Shown here: positions 53,659 through 64,000 of the stretch, piece after piece
Layout: every line of letters begins with the position of its first letter
How positions within the stretch are numbered: position 1 is the first letter of the stretch
Source of the DNA: Catajapyx aquilonaris
Taxonomy: Eukaryota
Direction: 5' to 3'
DNA length: 64,000 nucleotides
Assembly: GCA_000934665.2 (NCBI GenBank)
Contig: KZ538049.1
Span: 62,001-126,000 of the forward strand
Notes under the pieces: generated by a model
What the model was told of the DNA's origin: nothing
Seen by the model: only the letters and a program-made list of their open reading frames with translations
The model's database searches: none
Made by a program: the position numbers and the translations under genes

Positions 53659-56600
53659 AAACTTATAACAGGACATCCTACAATTTGAGACGTATAAGGA
53701 GGTCACGACTGGTGTGGAAAGTGGCCTCAATTGGTGTCTTGAAGTTGTTGTCTCATGTTGAAAGTTTGAACCAGTCGGAACCAGCATAACAGCAGTCACT
53801 GATTCAATTTCCTACTGGATGTTCTTTTGTAATGCCTTGATTGTCAATGGCTTCTTGTTGGATGCATTACCTTTCAGAAGGCCTACCATGTGGTACACTT
53901 ACAGAGAATGGTTCCCACTTGTCTGGTTTCACAACATCCCAAAATACAGTGAAACCTGTGTATAGTGGAATCGCACGGGACCCCAAAAATTTTCCGTTAT
54001 GGACAGGTTTCCACTACATTAAGATCAAGGACGTTACTGATTTTTTTTGCCCACGAGAAAGAGAGGAAAATGGGGAGAGCAAAAATAAGCACCTTACCTC
54101 AATATGGTGCAAAATCATAATTTTGCCTGCTCTATTGGACCATCAGGCCCGACTCTGGCAATATGTTGAACCCGTGTCAACCACTTCCTCTTCCCCGGCA
54201 TTTTAAAACTGGACTGAACCGTGAACTAAAAGGCACAGGTACGAATCACATGAGTCACATCTGCTTGGTCTGCCCCGCAAGACATTTTTTTGAGTTTCCC
54301 AACCAAAAAGTCCCCTTTCCCCACCCTTTATCTTCAAGGCCATGGGCCGGTAGCAATTCTAGCAATTATGAGACACAGGGACGGTCCAAAAACGACAGAG
54401 GCCTCCTGGGAGGGCCAATAGGCAACTCAGCTGCAGTTTCTATTTTTGTCACTCGCAGGAGAAAATGCGAACCTTTTGATTTCCATTATGAACAGGGATT
54501 TTCTCTGAAGGGAGCCAAAAATCCCTTCCGGTTCCGCGTTGGGCAGGTTCCGTTATATCCTTCAAAAATACATTGCATGCCCTATGCTTATGCCCGTTCC
54601 CGGAAAAAATTCCGTAATGGATAGGTTTCCGCTATATCCAGGGTCCATTATGTACAGGTTTCACTGTATACATGTCTGGGCAAATGAGAATACTTATGAC
54701 CTACATCAGGAACCATGGGCGACATGGTGGCAGAGTGGTTAGCGCTACAGCCTTCCACCTCTAAGGTCCCGAGTTCGATCCCCGGGTCGCGCAGAGGATG
54801 CTTATGTGGATAGAGTTTTGATGGGTTCTCTCCATGTTTAGATCCTTCTTGTTCCCTGTGCCATAGGTATTACATTATCACTTGCATATTACATCGCAGA
54901 ACCAGCAATCTGTCCCCACTTGCGTGTGCGATTGTCACTTCCCAAACGCTGGAATTGCTCAACTTTTTTTGTTTTTATTAGTTCATATTAGCTCCCAAAA
55001 CACAACAATCAAGATAAAACAATTTTCTGAATGCTTGTTTGCGAGAAAATGGCCGTTCCCTATTAATTCTTAATCCATGTCACAGGACAATGAGAGCGAT
55101 ATCAAATGAAAGCCCGGAATCTCTTCTTCCAAACCATATATTTACTTTTCTACATAACCACCACCCACAGCACTAAACTTGCGCCAAAGCTGTACTAGTT
55201 TTTCCAGCCAGTCGGCGTACAACTCTGGAATGTGGGAGACGCACCAAGAGTGAACAGCAGTCAATTTCTTCCTTGGAGCTGTACCGATTGCCCTTCAGGT
55301 GTGTCTTCATTTTTGGAGAAAGAAAGAAGTCGCCATGCACAAGATATGGGCTGTATATATGCAAGATGAGGAAATACAGGGAATTTGAGTCTCTGGAGAA
55401 GGTGTCGTTCACGTCGAGTTCCTGACCAGACTCAAAACTGTGAATTCTGAGATGCATGTAAACACTCTGCAGAGGTTTCAGGCACAAGTGAACAGGATGC
55501 AACGAGGAAAGGATGTCATTGTTCACCACAATAATGCTTGACCACACACATGCAATCATACTGCAGAAGTGCAGATGCCCTCCAAAGACTCAATTTCCAT
55601 GCACTTCCTCATCTGGCATATACAGCTCATATCTTCTGCCTTGCGACTTCTTTTTTTCTCCAAAAATGAAGACACACCTGAAGGGCAATCAGTAGAGCTC
55701 CAATGAAGAAATTGAGGCTGCTGTTCACGCTTGGTGCCGCTACCACAGCCCAGAGTTGTACACTGACGGGAAGAAAAAACTAGTACATCATTGGCGCAAG
55801 TTTACTGCTGTGGGTGGGTGGTGGTTATGTGGAAAAATAAATAAGTTATATGGTTTTGAAGAGGAGATTCCAGGCTTTCATTTGATGCAACTCTCATTGG
55901 TTTCGCTCTCGATTCATGCACAAGATGGAGCTGAAGCATCCGAGACCTACAAACCCAAGTTGCATCTTGAGAGAACCATGTACCACCTGATATGCTATGC
56001 ATGAGAAGGTGATGTCATCCTATTGCGACATCTATGAGGGCAAGTCAATAAAGAATGAGAAAGAAATTATTTTTCGCAGAATACATTAAGCAGGGTCCAG
56101 GTTGATATTGTGTTTTTTGAGATAGTCCCCATTGAGTTGTATGCACTTGGCCCAACACATCTGGCAGTCATGGAAGACATGCTAGAACCCATTTCTTGAC
56201 ATCATCTTCAGCCACCGTATGTCCCCAACGTAATACGTAAAAAACACATTGTCATTCTTTATTGACTAGCCCTCGTACATGGTTTTTTAAAAGGCAGCTT
56301 CCACCCCTCGCAATTATCGAAGATAATTCTACATGAATACCCACTCCCTCTGATAAATTATGAAAACATTAAGTGTCCGTTAAATTTTTTTTAAAGATCT
56401 CGTTTAAACGGAGGTAATGTGAGCCCCCAAGTGCAAAAATGGTGGCTCAGGTGGCAAGCAGCCACCACCCAGAGCTCCGAGCAGTCTGCCCACCCAATTA
56501 GAGCGAGGCCACTTTCACGGTCGCAATGGGGGCATGAGAGGAAGCGTAGTGTCCAGCAGGTCTTTCTGATTTTTTCCGCAGCGAAAAGTAAGTCACTGAA

Positions 56601-59600
56601 TTTTGGGTATTTTTTAAACGATTTTCCGCTGCACATCCTCTTACTGGGAAATACGCGGCAGGGAGCACTGTGTATTTAAATTCGTGCAGTAAGGCCCCTG
56701 CACACTAGACGGAATTCCCGCGATGGAAATTCTGTCGCGGTCCGTTCAAAAATGCCAAACACATGGAAGTAAACAGGATTCTGTCGGGATGAGACACACA
56801 CGATGGATTCCCGTCCTTCTGTTGAGCACCAGCCGAAGACACAGCGGAAAAAATCGGCCGCCGATTCCGTCGGGGACAATAATCCCATTGCAATACATTG
56901 ATTCCGGCAGGGGAATGCCACACTACGACGGAAAAAGCGGGTTCGCTGGCATGGACACCAGGGGATTGGTAGCTGAAAGGGCCGCATGGCGGCAGCACGG
57001 TAGACAGAAATTCCGTGTGAAAAAAAGTTGCAAGATCATTCGGCGGCGGAATTTCCATCACGGAAATTCTGTTTAATGTGGCAGGGACCTAAGAGTTTGT
57101 TTACAATGAATGAGACCTTTGGCCTATGACATCATGCAATTAAAAATATCACGCGAGTGGTGCAAATACTCCTGAACCTAGAAACTAGAAGAGTTACCTT
57201 ACTGGTGAAAGAAATTTCCGTCAGGGTTATACCAGTGAATTAAAAAAAAACTATTTTGTGTGGTTGGATTATAATGCAACCATCGTGGCTGCAGGTGACA
57301 AAGGGTTAATAGTCATGTAACAGTTAAAATCCTTTCAAAAATCTACTGAGTCTAATACTGAAGGTCAAGTAAAATAATTACTTACCCGATGAAATTTGTT
57401 TCAAGTTGGGTGCATGCTGCCCAAGTTCAAAACCATTATTGTTTCCATTAAGTTCCTTGACTTTCTCCTTTAAAGCTGCATTTTCCTCCCTGATTTCTTG
57501 TGTCTTCTGAGTCCAAGCTTCTTCTACTGCTGTTAACTCTGCTTCCTTTTGTTTAAGTAGCTTTTGATGCAAGTTATCCTCCAACCTAGCTTTCATATGA
57601 GGAATTTCTGCTTCTAGTGTGTCCTTTTCTTCACAGATATTCACATACAGATATCTTGCTTTGTCTATCTCCTCGTTGGCCTCTTCCAACTGGGCTCTAA
57701 AAAAAAATCAATCCAAACAACAGAGCTGTGTATTAAATTTCAACTATTTTCTTAGTATTCCCCTAAGACAGCTATGCCCTATCACAAGGTAATTAAATAA
57801 ATACATAAATAACTATTTCCTTAGTATAGTCAACTGCTCTCCACCTTCCACAGGTTCATCTTAAGTGTCAAATTAGGGCATCAGGCAATAATTAACCCCT
57901 TTAAATCAGGTGGGTTTTGGCCATTTTGAGAGGAGTCTGCAAATAAAACTCCCACTGGCAACTTGGTTTTCAAAGTGCCTGCTGTGAGAATGGATTCAAA
58001 ATGATCAAGCCTATCAGCGTTTATCAACTTTGTAAACTTCCAGGGCATAGCTCAAATAATTGTAATTCCAACCACACGCCTTTCCAAAGGAGTAGATTCT
58101 ACTGCCATCCCAGGCCAAAAGCCTTAATTGCAAAACCGTTAAGGTTGAAGGTTGCATGTAGGCCCTGCAACCATCTCTCTGGCCTAGGGGGATGGGTACA
58201 GGGCCTACACCCTACACGTGACTTTCAACATTCAGCTGCGACACAGCCAGGAAACACTGTCACATAATGTGTCGTGGCAGTGGGGTTGGGTAGTGGGGGG
58301 CCCATGCTGCTAGCTGGTGGAGCCCTCACCCAACAGGTTCCATAGGTACTGGTGCCCACAATCTGGCATCACACCTGCCTCCCAGCTCAGTAGGAACTGG
58401 GGATTACCTGATGCAATAATAATTCTGCAAAATCGACATTACTTAGTCATTTTAAAACTGTACATCATACAGTTGCACTACTTTTTTGGTACCATATTTA
58501 GACAAAGGTCGGGAAAAGCTGTCTAGACTGAAATCATGAAGTCAAGGACATTTGTTGTTTTTTTGCAAGCATTTCCAAGGAAACTCAAAAAGTTAGAAGT
58601 TCCAGAATTGCATTTTCGGAGATATTGAGTGTTCCCCTTCTGTTTCTCGATGCCTCCAAAAAAAGCTGCACTTTTGGCCAATCTCCCGCTGCCAAACGCA
58701 AACGAAGTACAAGGCAGCAAGAAACTTCACAAGAGCGAGAGTCCCGTCTACACCTTCATTACAACCTGACATTACAACACAAAATAGCCCCGGCTCTGGC
58801 AGGAACTATGCCAGTTGATGATTGTGTGACACCAGATTGACCCCTTTACAGGCAATGAAAATTTAGGCTTATTGTTTTCAATATAACTACACAATGACCC
58901 ATAAGGCCAATTTTAAGGCAGTGTAGGGGCATTCCCCTGGATTTCAATAGCGAACAATCACACCCACAAACATCCTCATTTATAGATACAGGCCTACCAC
59001 CATATAACATACCCGGGCAACGCTGGGTAACCTGCTAGTAAAAATAATAAAAATAATCACAACAACAACAATTCTTTTCCACTGCTAAGACATGTTACCA
59101 CCTGATTTAAAGGCGTTAAGGGGGATTTCTCACATTTCTTGTTGCCTGTCATAAATGCATACTGCACGGATAAGTCTGACCTGCCTACTGTTGTTGTACT
59201 CATTGCCCTCTTCTAAAGAATTTCAACACCATTCAAAGTACCCATACATGATGTGTCAACAAGCCTTATATACCTCAGCTTCAAAATTGTATCCTCATAA
59301 GACATAATCTTTTCCTCCTGAACTTTCTTCAAAACATCCTCATGCATATGAAGGCAGGCAGCACGAGTGTTAGCAATTGCGTCCACTGTTGCTGCATCTG
59401 TTTCCTTCACTAAAGTGGCCAAGACTTTCTGAAGCTGTTCCTTTTCCTTTCTGGCTTCATTTGCGTCGGCAGTCGCCTGAGCTATGCAGCTTTCTAATAG
59501 CGTCCTCTGCTGCTGACATTCCGTCTCATAAATAACCAGATCCTCCTGAAAATAAGTTGTAACTCATGCGGAATGAAAACTTGAGCGAAGCAAAAAAGTC

Positions 59601-62600
59601 TTACCTGCCATTTTAAAATCTGCTGCTTGACAGTTTCAAATTTCATTCTGTAAGCTTCAGCAGTACTATTTTTGTTCTGCAGTTGCTTCAGAAGCAAAGA
59701 AATTTCATCACGCTTTTCCTTTTGGATTTGTAGGGATCGCTGCAACTCCTGGTGCAACTGGGAGCAAGAAGAGGAGCTGGCCCCTGATTCAGGGTTCTGT
59801 GCCATCATTTTATATTTATTCAGTTCAGCCTGGAAAGATTGGGAATAATAAATGCCTAACATTATGCAATAAAAAATTCAGTTATGGCAGTAGAGACTTT
59901 TCAATCATTAGTTTGGAAAAGACTCCTTACTTAACATAGGGACATATATAAATGAGGATGTTTGTGGGTGTGTTTGTTCACTACAGAAATCCTGGGGAAT
60001 GCCCCTACACCCCTTTAAAACTGTCCTTATGGGTCATTGTGTGGTTATCGAAAGCAATAAGCCAAAGTTTTTCATTACCTGTAAATGGGTCAATCTGGTG
60101 TCACGACAATGCAATTCTGGACCTTCTCACTTTTTGTGTTTCCTTGGAAATGCTCACAAACAAAAGCAGTACAGTTAACAGTCCTTATTCTTGTCCTCAA
60201 AATCTCACGAATTACTCTGTACTCTGTAGTGAGGACATCTCCATGGAAATTTGAAATGTGGTAATATTGTTAAAGAGCGCAGTGAGTGGAGTTACAGATG
60301 TTGTGGGAGTTAGGTTCATTTTCTGGAGCTAAAACATGCGGCATTAAATTCCTCGAAAAATGGAACCCCCAATGAGCTACCGGTAGTTTAAGGTGGGGAT
60401 TTCTATAAGGGACAAACAAACTCACAAACAAACATCCTTATTTATAGATATAGAGATTATCGGTATGTGTATATTTTTTCCCTTCAATTGGAGGGGTGGG
60501 GTGTCTCGATGTCACCATTGATGATGTATACATTGGAGGGGGGGGGGGGGCAAAAGGGNNNNNNNNNNNNNNNNNNNNNNNNNNNNNNNNNNNNNNNNNN
60601 NNNNNNNNNNNNNNNNNGGGGGGGGGGGAGAGAGAGAGAGAATTATAATTTTTTGCCTGCTGATGTTTACGTCATATACAATTTGCTAGTCAAGACATCA
60701 GTCAGGACATCAGTCAGTATTTTACGATCGTGAAATACCGTCTCCGAGACAGTACATGAGTCGGTACATGAATTACAGTGTACAGCAGGGTTACTTACCG
60801 GGGTTCCGTGAGCAATTCCCAGGGGTTCCACAAGAAATAGTGATAATAGGCTAATTATATATATAGTCTAAATGCATTTTTGAATAATTAATTGATATAT
60901 TTACGATAATTTTTATGTAGGGGTTCCCTGAGACATGAATATGATTTCAAGGGTTCCCCAAGAGTAAAAATGTTGACAAACCCTGGTCTTGATATATTGA
61001 ATAGGAGGTTTAAAAGTTGCAGCAACTCTGTTAAGAGCAGAACACACTGGCATGCCTGGGTGTTTTCAAAATTCTTGACAAGGGCAACTTTCTAATCAAA
61101 TTTTAACTTAATTGTAATTCAGATTTAATCGTAATTTTAGTTGGCACCCAGAATTGGTGTTACTGTTAGTGACCGCACTTGTACTGACTGTCATTTAAAA
61201 AATTGTGCAACTTGCATGTCCTTAAAATAGTCAAAAATACTGACAACTTAAGTCCAGCGCTTGATCTGCATCTCCCTGACAATGCACTATCCTTGCCCAT
61301 TCTTTGCTTTTCCCAAATACTAAAATTTAGCCACTATACACCTACCTACTCTCCACCCCACAAAAAATGGCCTGGAAACCACATGGAAGGGTCTCTTTGC
61401 ACCTAACCCATGGTTGATATAGTGGGTTTTTAGGAGTCGAGGGTAGGGGGATGGATAAATTTTCAGACAGCTATAAAATTGCACATAATTATGAAGATTT
61501 TGTTTTATACGTGGGTTGTTTCATACGTCATGGCGCGTATGTTTTTATTCAAAAACGGTAACACATACAGAGATGGCCTTTTCTTTTGAAGATCCGGCGA
61601 TTACAATTTGATCTGGCATATAGATGTCGCCCATACAGCGAGGGGGGGTGGGGAAACGAAGGGGGAATGTGGCCCCCCACTGCACCATCGCCCTAATCTG
61701 GCCCGAGCCCGATGCGCCTGGAGCTGTTGGACGATGCATGCAGGACACTCGGTGATGGACAACATGGGAGCTTGATTTCGAGTGTGGGACAAGTCAGAGC
61801 ACTATGCTTAGGACTCCGAAAGACTGAAAGGTCTCAGGAAGTTGGCATCCTCACTGGTTCCTCGCCATCTCTTTGAGGTGCAAAAGTGCCACCATTTTGC
61901 CCTCACTTGGAACTCGATCGCATTGAGGGCGATGGTTTTTTAAAACTGTTTGTGGCGATGGATAACACATGGCTGAGGTCATAATGCTCTGACTTGTCCC
62001 ACACTCGAAAGCAAGCCCCAGTGTTGTCTATCGTCGAGTGTCCAGCATGCAACGTCCAACAGCTCCAAGCGCATCAGGCTCGGGCCATCTTAGGGCGATG
62101 GTGCGGTGGGGGGGTCACATTCCCCCTTCGTTTCCCCACCCCCCCCTCGTGGTAATGGGCGACATCTATATGCCAAATCACATTGTAATCAACGGACCTT
62201 CAAAACTCAGCCAAGGTCATCTCTGCATGTGTTACCGTTTTTGAATAAAAAAATACGTGCCATGACTTATGAAACCCACGTAGCAGGGTTCCTAGTTCTC
62301 TAATATTCTGCATGAGCCTCACATCAAACTTTTAGGAGGAAATGCAAGTAGGTGACTTTTCCTGCCACCGTATTAGACTGGTGCATGCATCTTTCAGCTC
62401 ATGACACAGCAGGTGGTGGGAGAAAATTGTGAGGATCGATTATTATGAATCCACTTAAGACACAGTGCCTATACAGGGTGGTCAAACTTCAAGTGTCGTT
62501 TTATAACGGCGATTAATAGCAGTGATTTTACAATGACACAGCAGCGACGTGTAAAACGGCCCACTTCGGCGCCATCGAAAATATTAGCTGCCAATAGCAG

Positions 62601-64000
62601 CACACATGTAATCACCCTGCTGCTGGGTTGACCTGGAAAAAAGTAGGTGCACACATGACCTGAGATGCGCCTGGGTGAAATGGGTGACGCCCAAGGCACC
62701 AGATGGACCTGTAATGCAAGGGGGAAGCCTGCAAACGAAACACAGCTAATATTTCCGATGGCGCTGAAGTGGGCATTTTACACGTCGCTGCTACGTCAAT
62801 CGTTAAGCGCTTCTATTAATAGCCGTTATAAAAAGACACTTGACGTTGGACCACCCTGTATATGGGACCTTTCAGATTTACTTTATTTGGGTTTAACTGT
62901 ATTATGATTACTAATCAAGTGACATTAATTCTCACAGTATACAGTATGTAAAAAAAATGCCACTACTTGAGTTAAGGCTTATTCCCAAAGCACCTTTTCA
63001 AATGCACAATTGCTCTGTGATATATCACTCAGTTGCAGCTCCAAGCCGGGAACCCCTCCCCCTTAGCCGTAGGAATTCAGGCCAGGAATGCTCGAGTCAG
63101 TGGCTGTCACAGCTTTTCCAAACTGTAGCATTCCCAACTGCTGCAACAGCTCCCTCCCAGCTGTACAGCTGCAGTGAGAAGGGACTGTCACAGAAAGATT
63201 GTGCATAAAAAATTTGTTTGGGAATAGTCCTTTACTCATTTTCTTTCACTTATACGACACTCTCCATAATAACTTCATTTTTCACACTAAAATTATGTGA
63301 AATATAAACAGTTATACATCATGTTCTAAAAACCAATAAGTTGTACACTTACCATCAAAAGTTGCGCATTTTTCTCAAGGGCATGTTTTTCTTTTTCCAT
63401 AGTGTTCAACTTCGCCTGCAGTCTAACATTATCTGTTCCAGCATCTTTTGCTAGCAACTGATGGCATTGCTCCTGGCTTTGTGCCAAGTTCTTAGTCAAG
63501 CGATTAATGGCCTCTCCTGATTCCAGTTGCAACTTCTGAAGTGTCTGTTTCAGTATGACTACTTCATTCTGGAGAGCCGTGCACTCTTTACTCTGTAACA
63601 TAGGAAAGTGTAAGGACACTTAAATGGTCTATTATGTACAACTGTCTTGCCTTTTCAAAATTGGATGACCTCATTTCAGCAAGTTCTTTCATCAGCTCTT
63701 GCCTTACAACGTCATGTTGCTCTTTCGTGTGCTTCAAGAGATTCTCATGATGCTCCTTTATCTTCCTCAATGATTCACTGGATTCCAGAGCAGTTAACTG
63801 CTGCTGCATCTTCTTTACTGTCATCTCTGATGACTGAAGCTGTTGAGTCAGCTATACAGCAAAAAAAAAAAAAAAAAAACAGATTTAGTTAGGATAAGTA
63901 CAGGGCACCAAAATACATTTCTTACATCAGCCTTGCATTGGTCCAGTGAGACAACTTTTGCACTCAGACTCCTAAAGTCGCTTGTTGCCTCAACATTCAG
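45865..64000 (-). CDS. CEP152: Centrosomal coiled-coil protein, CEP152/asterless-like; 5' end outside the window
   Basis: Spliced coiled-coil exons near 63651-63850, 63353-63592, 59100-59830, 57386-57696, 50350-51200, 46893-47141, and a long terminal exon 45865-46834 followed by AATAAA at 45748-45743. Segments QQQLTALESSESLRKIKEHHENLLKHTKEQH and KARYLYVNICEEKDTLE resemble CEP152 from memory. The gene is solid; its identity is less certain. Confidence 0.62.
49170..49590. mobile_element. MITE, second copy of the 14903-15344 family
   Basis: TA|CAGGGTGAAGGGAAACTCGCGGACAAT...TTTCCCTTCACCCTG|TA with colinear interior. Confidence 0.9.
51331..51873. mobile_element. Almost fully palindromic foldback MITE, CAGGGTG ends
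   Basis: Arms about 51331-51585 and 51620-51873 are reverse complements. TA flanks. Confidence 0.9.
51880..52132 (-). mobile_element. SINE family A
   Basis: Family sequence. 15-bp TSD ACCACCCTGTATATT at 51865-51879 and 52133-52147. Confidence 0.9.
52525..52698. mobile_element. Internally deleted copy of the 53947-54666 MITE
   Basis: GTGAATCTGTGTATAGCGGAATCGCA...GGACAGGTTTCACTG matches both ends of 53947-54666. Confidence 0.75.
52942..53231 (+). mobile_element. tRNA-derived SINE family C
   Basis: Well-preserved tRNA-like head (TGGCATAGTGG; GGTTCGAATCCC) and (TTA)n tail. TSD ATATTT(C/T)AGGAATATA at 52926-52941 and 53232-53247. Confidence 0.9.
53947..54666. mobile_element. pogo/Tigger-like MITE
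   Basis: TA|CAGTGAAACCTGT...ACAGGTTTCACTG|TA, with repeated subterminal GGACAGGTTTCC motifs. Confidence 0.82.
54717..54838 (+). mobile_element. SINE family A, 5' half only
   Basis: GGGCGACATGGTGGCAGAGTGGTTAGCGCTACAGCCTTCCACCTCT...GGGTTCTCTCCATGTT. Confidence 0.85.
55087..55900. mobile_element. Mariner transposase relic, 3' part duplicated in inverted orientation
   Basis: Plus strand reads GVVHVEFL..TVNS..HHNNA*PHT..YSSYLLPCDFFFSPKMKTHLKG..KKLVHHWRK (degenerate HDNARPH and YSPDLAPSD motifs). Minus strand 55400-55150 repeats YSPYLVHGDFFLSPKMKTHLKGNRYSSKEEI. Confidence 0.85.
56035..56275 (-). mobile_element. Short mariner deletion derivative
   Basis: TA|TGAGGGCAAGTCAATAAAGAATGA...TCATTCTTTATTGACTAGCCCTCG|TA. 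Minus strand retains WAKCIQLNGDYLKK, like a mariner C-terminus. Confidence 0.8.
56693..57089. mobile_element. PIF/Harbinger-like MITE
   Basis: TAA|GGCCCCTGCACACTAGACGGAATT...GTGGCAGGGACC|TAA. Termini resemble those of 1489-2007. Confidence 0.8.
58525..59038 (+). mobile_element. Helitron-like non-autonomous element
   Basis: 3' hairpin CCCGGGCAACGCTGGG followed by CTAG|T at about 59012-59039. Internal RQQETSQERESRL resembles the STPR-type repeats of Helitron proteins. Left boundary approximate. Confidence 0.6.
59943..60452 (-). mobile_element. Second, inverted copy of the 58525-59038 repeat family
   Basis: 59945-60110 is the reverse complement of about 58820-58988, and 60111-60153 of about 58570-58611. 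Its own ends are inverted (ATAAATGAGGATGTTTG / CAAACATCCTTATTTAT). Confidence 0.75.
60559..60617. other. Assembly gap (N run); smaller gaps at 2721 and 45399-45406
   Basis: N characters, each gap next to a G or C homopolymer. Confidence 0.98.
60786..60985. mobile_element. Old hAT-like MITE
   Basis: CAGGGTT...AACCCTG ends with repeated GGGGTTCC subterminal motifs. No 8-bp TSD preserved. Confidence 0.45.
61510..62280. mobile_element. Mariner-derived foldback built from two 5' ends
   Basis: TA|CGTGGGTT...AACCCACG|TA with arms of about 300 bp. The centre translates LASSLVPRHLFEVQK...EGDGFLKLFVAMDNTWLRS (degenerate WVPHEL and TGDETW motifs). Confidence 0.82.
62474..62858. mobile_element. MITE, CAGGGTG ends, TA TSD
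   Basis: CAGGGTGGTCAAACTTCAAGTGTC...GACACTTGACGTTGGACCACCCTG with inverted arms of about 115 bp. Confidence 0.88.
62975..63231. mobile_element. Degenerate TTA-flanked MITE
   Basis: AGGCTTATTCCCAAA...ATGCACAAT versus ATTGTGCAT...TTTGGGAATAGTCCT, TTA on both sides. Confidence 0.55.

Noticed and set aside
58160..58410. GC-rich stretch considered as a self-cleaving ribozyme
   Set aside because: No hammerhead core or HDV-like pseudoknot could be built by eye.

Overview
Eukaryotic, intron-rich, AT-rich animal DNA. It is probably arthropod, but that is inference from gene content and SINE types. Five spliced protein-coding genes were reconstructed by hand: the 3' part of a GH31 lysosomal alpha-glucosidase (+, 1-2652), a heme peroxidase of the chorion-peroxidase/peroxinectin type with an N-terminal clip-like Cys module (-, 4592-10016), CREG (+, 12396-13570), a full-length cubilin with 8 EGF and 27 CUB domains (-, about 14752-40923), and the 3' part of a CEP152/asterless-like coiled-coil gene (-, 45865-64000). 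Most introns are about 50-70 bp. The long introns and intergenic spacers hold many non-autonomous transposons: TA-, TTAA- and TWA-flanked MITEs and foldbacks, four tRNA-derived SINE families, a truncated LINE, mariner relics and a Helitron-like pair. I found no convincing new protein-based system. The most unusual signals are (i) a structurally conserved, sequence-covarying 3' double hairpin shared by one LINE fragment and several unrelated SINE families, (ii) two mariner-derived foldbacks, one made of two 5' halves and one of two 3' halves, (iii) a multi-level nested insertion, and (iv) splice oddities: four probable GC-AG introns and a duplicated in-frame donor. All coordinates were read by eye and no database searches were run.
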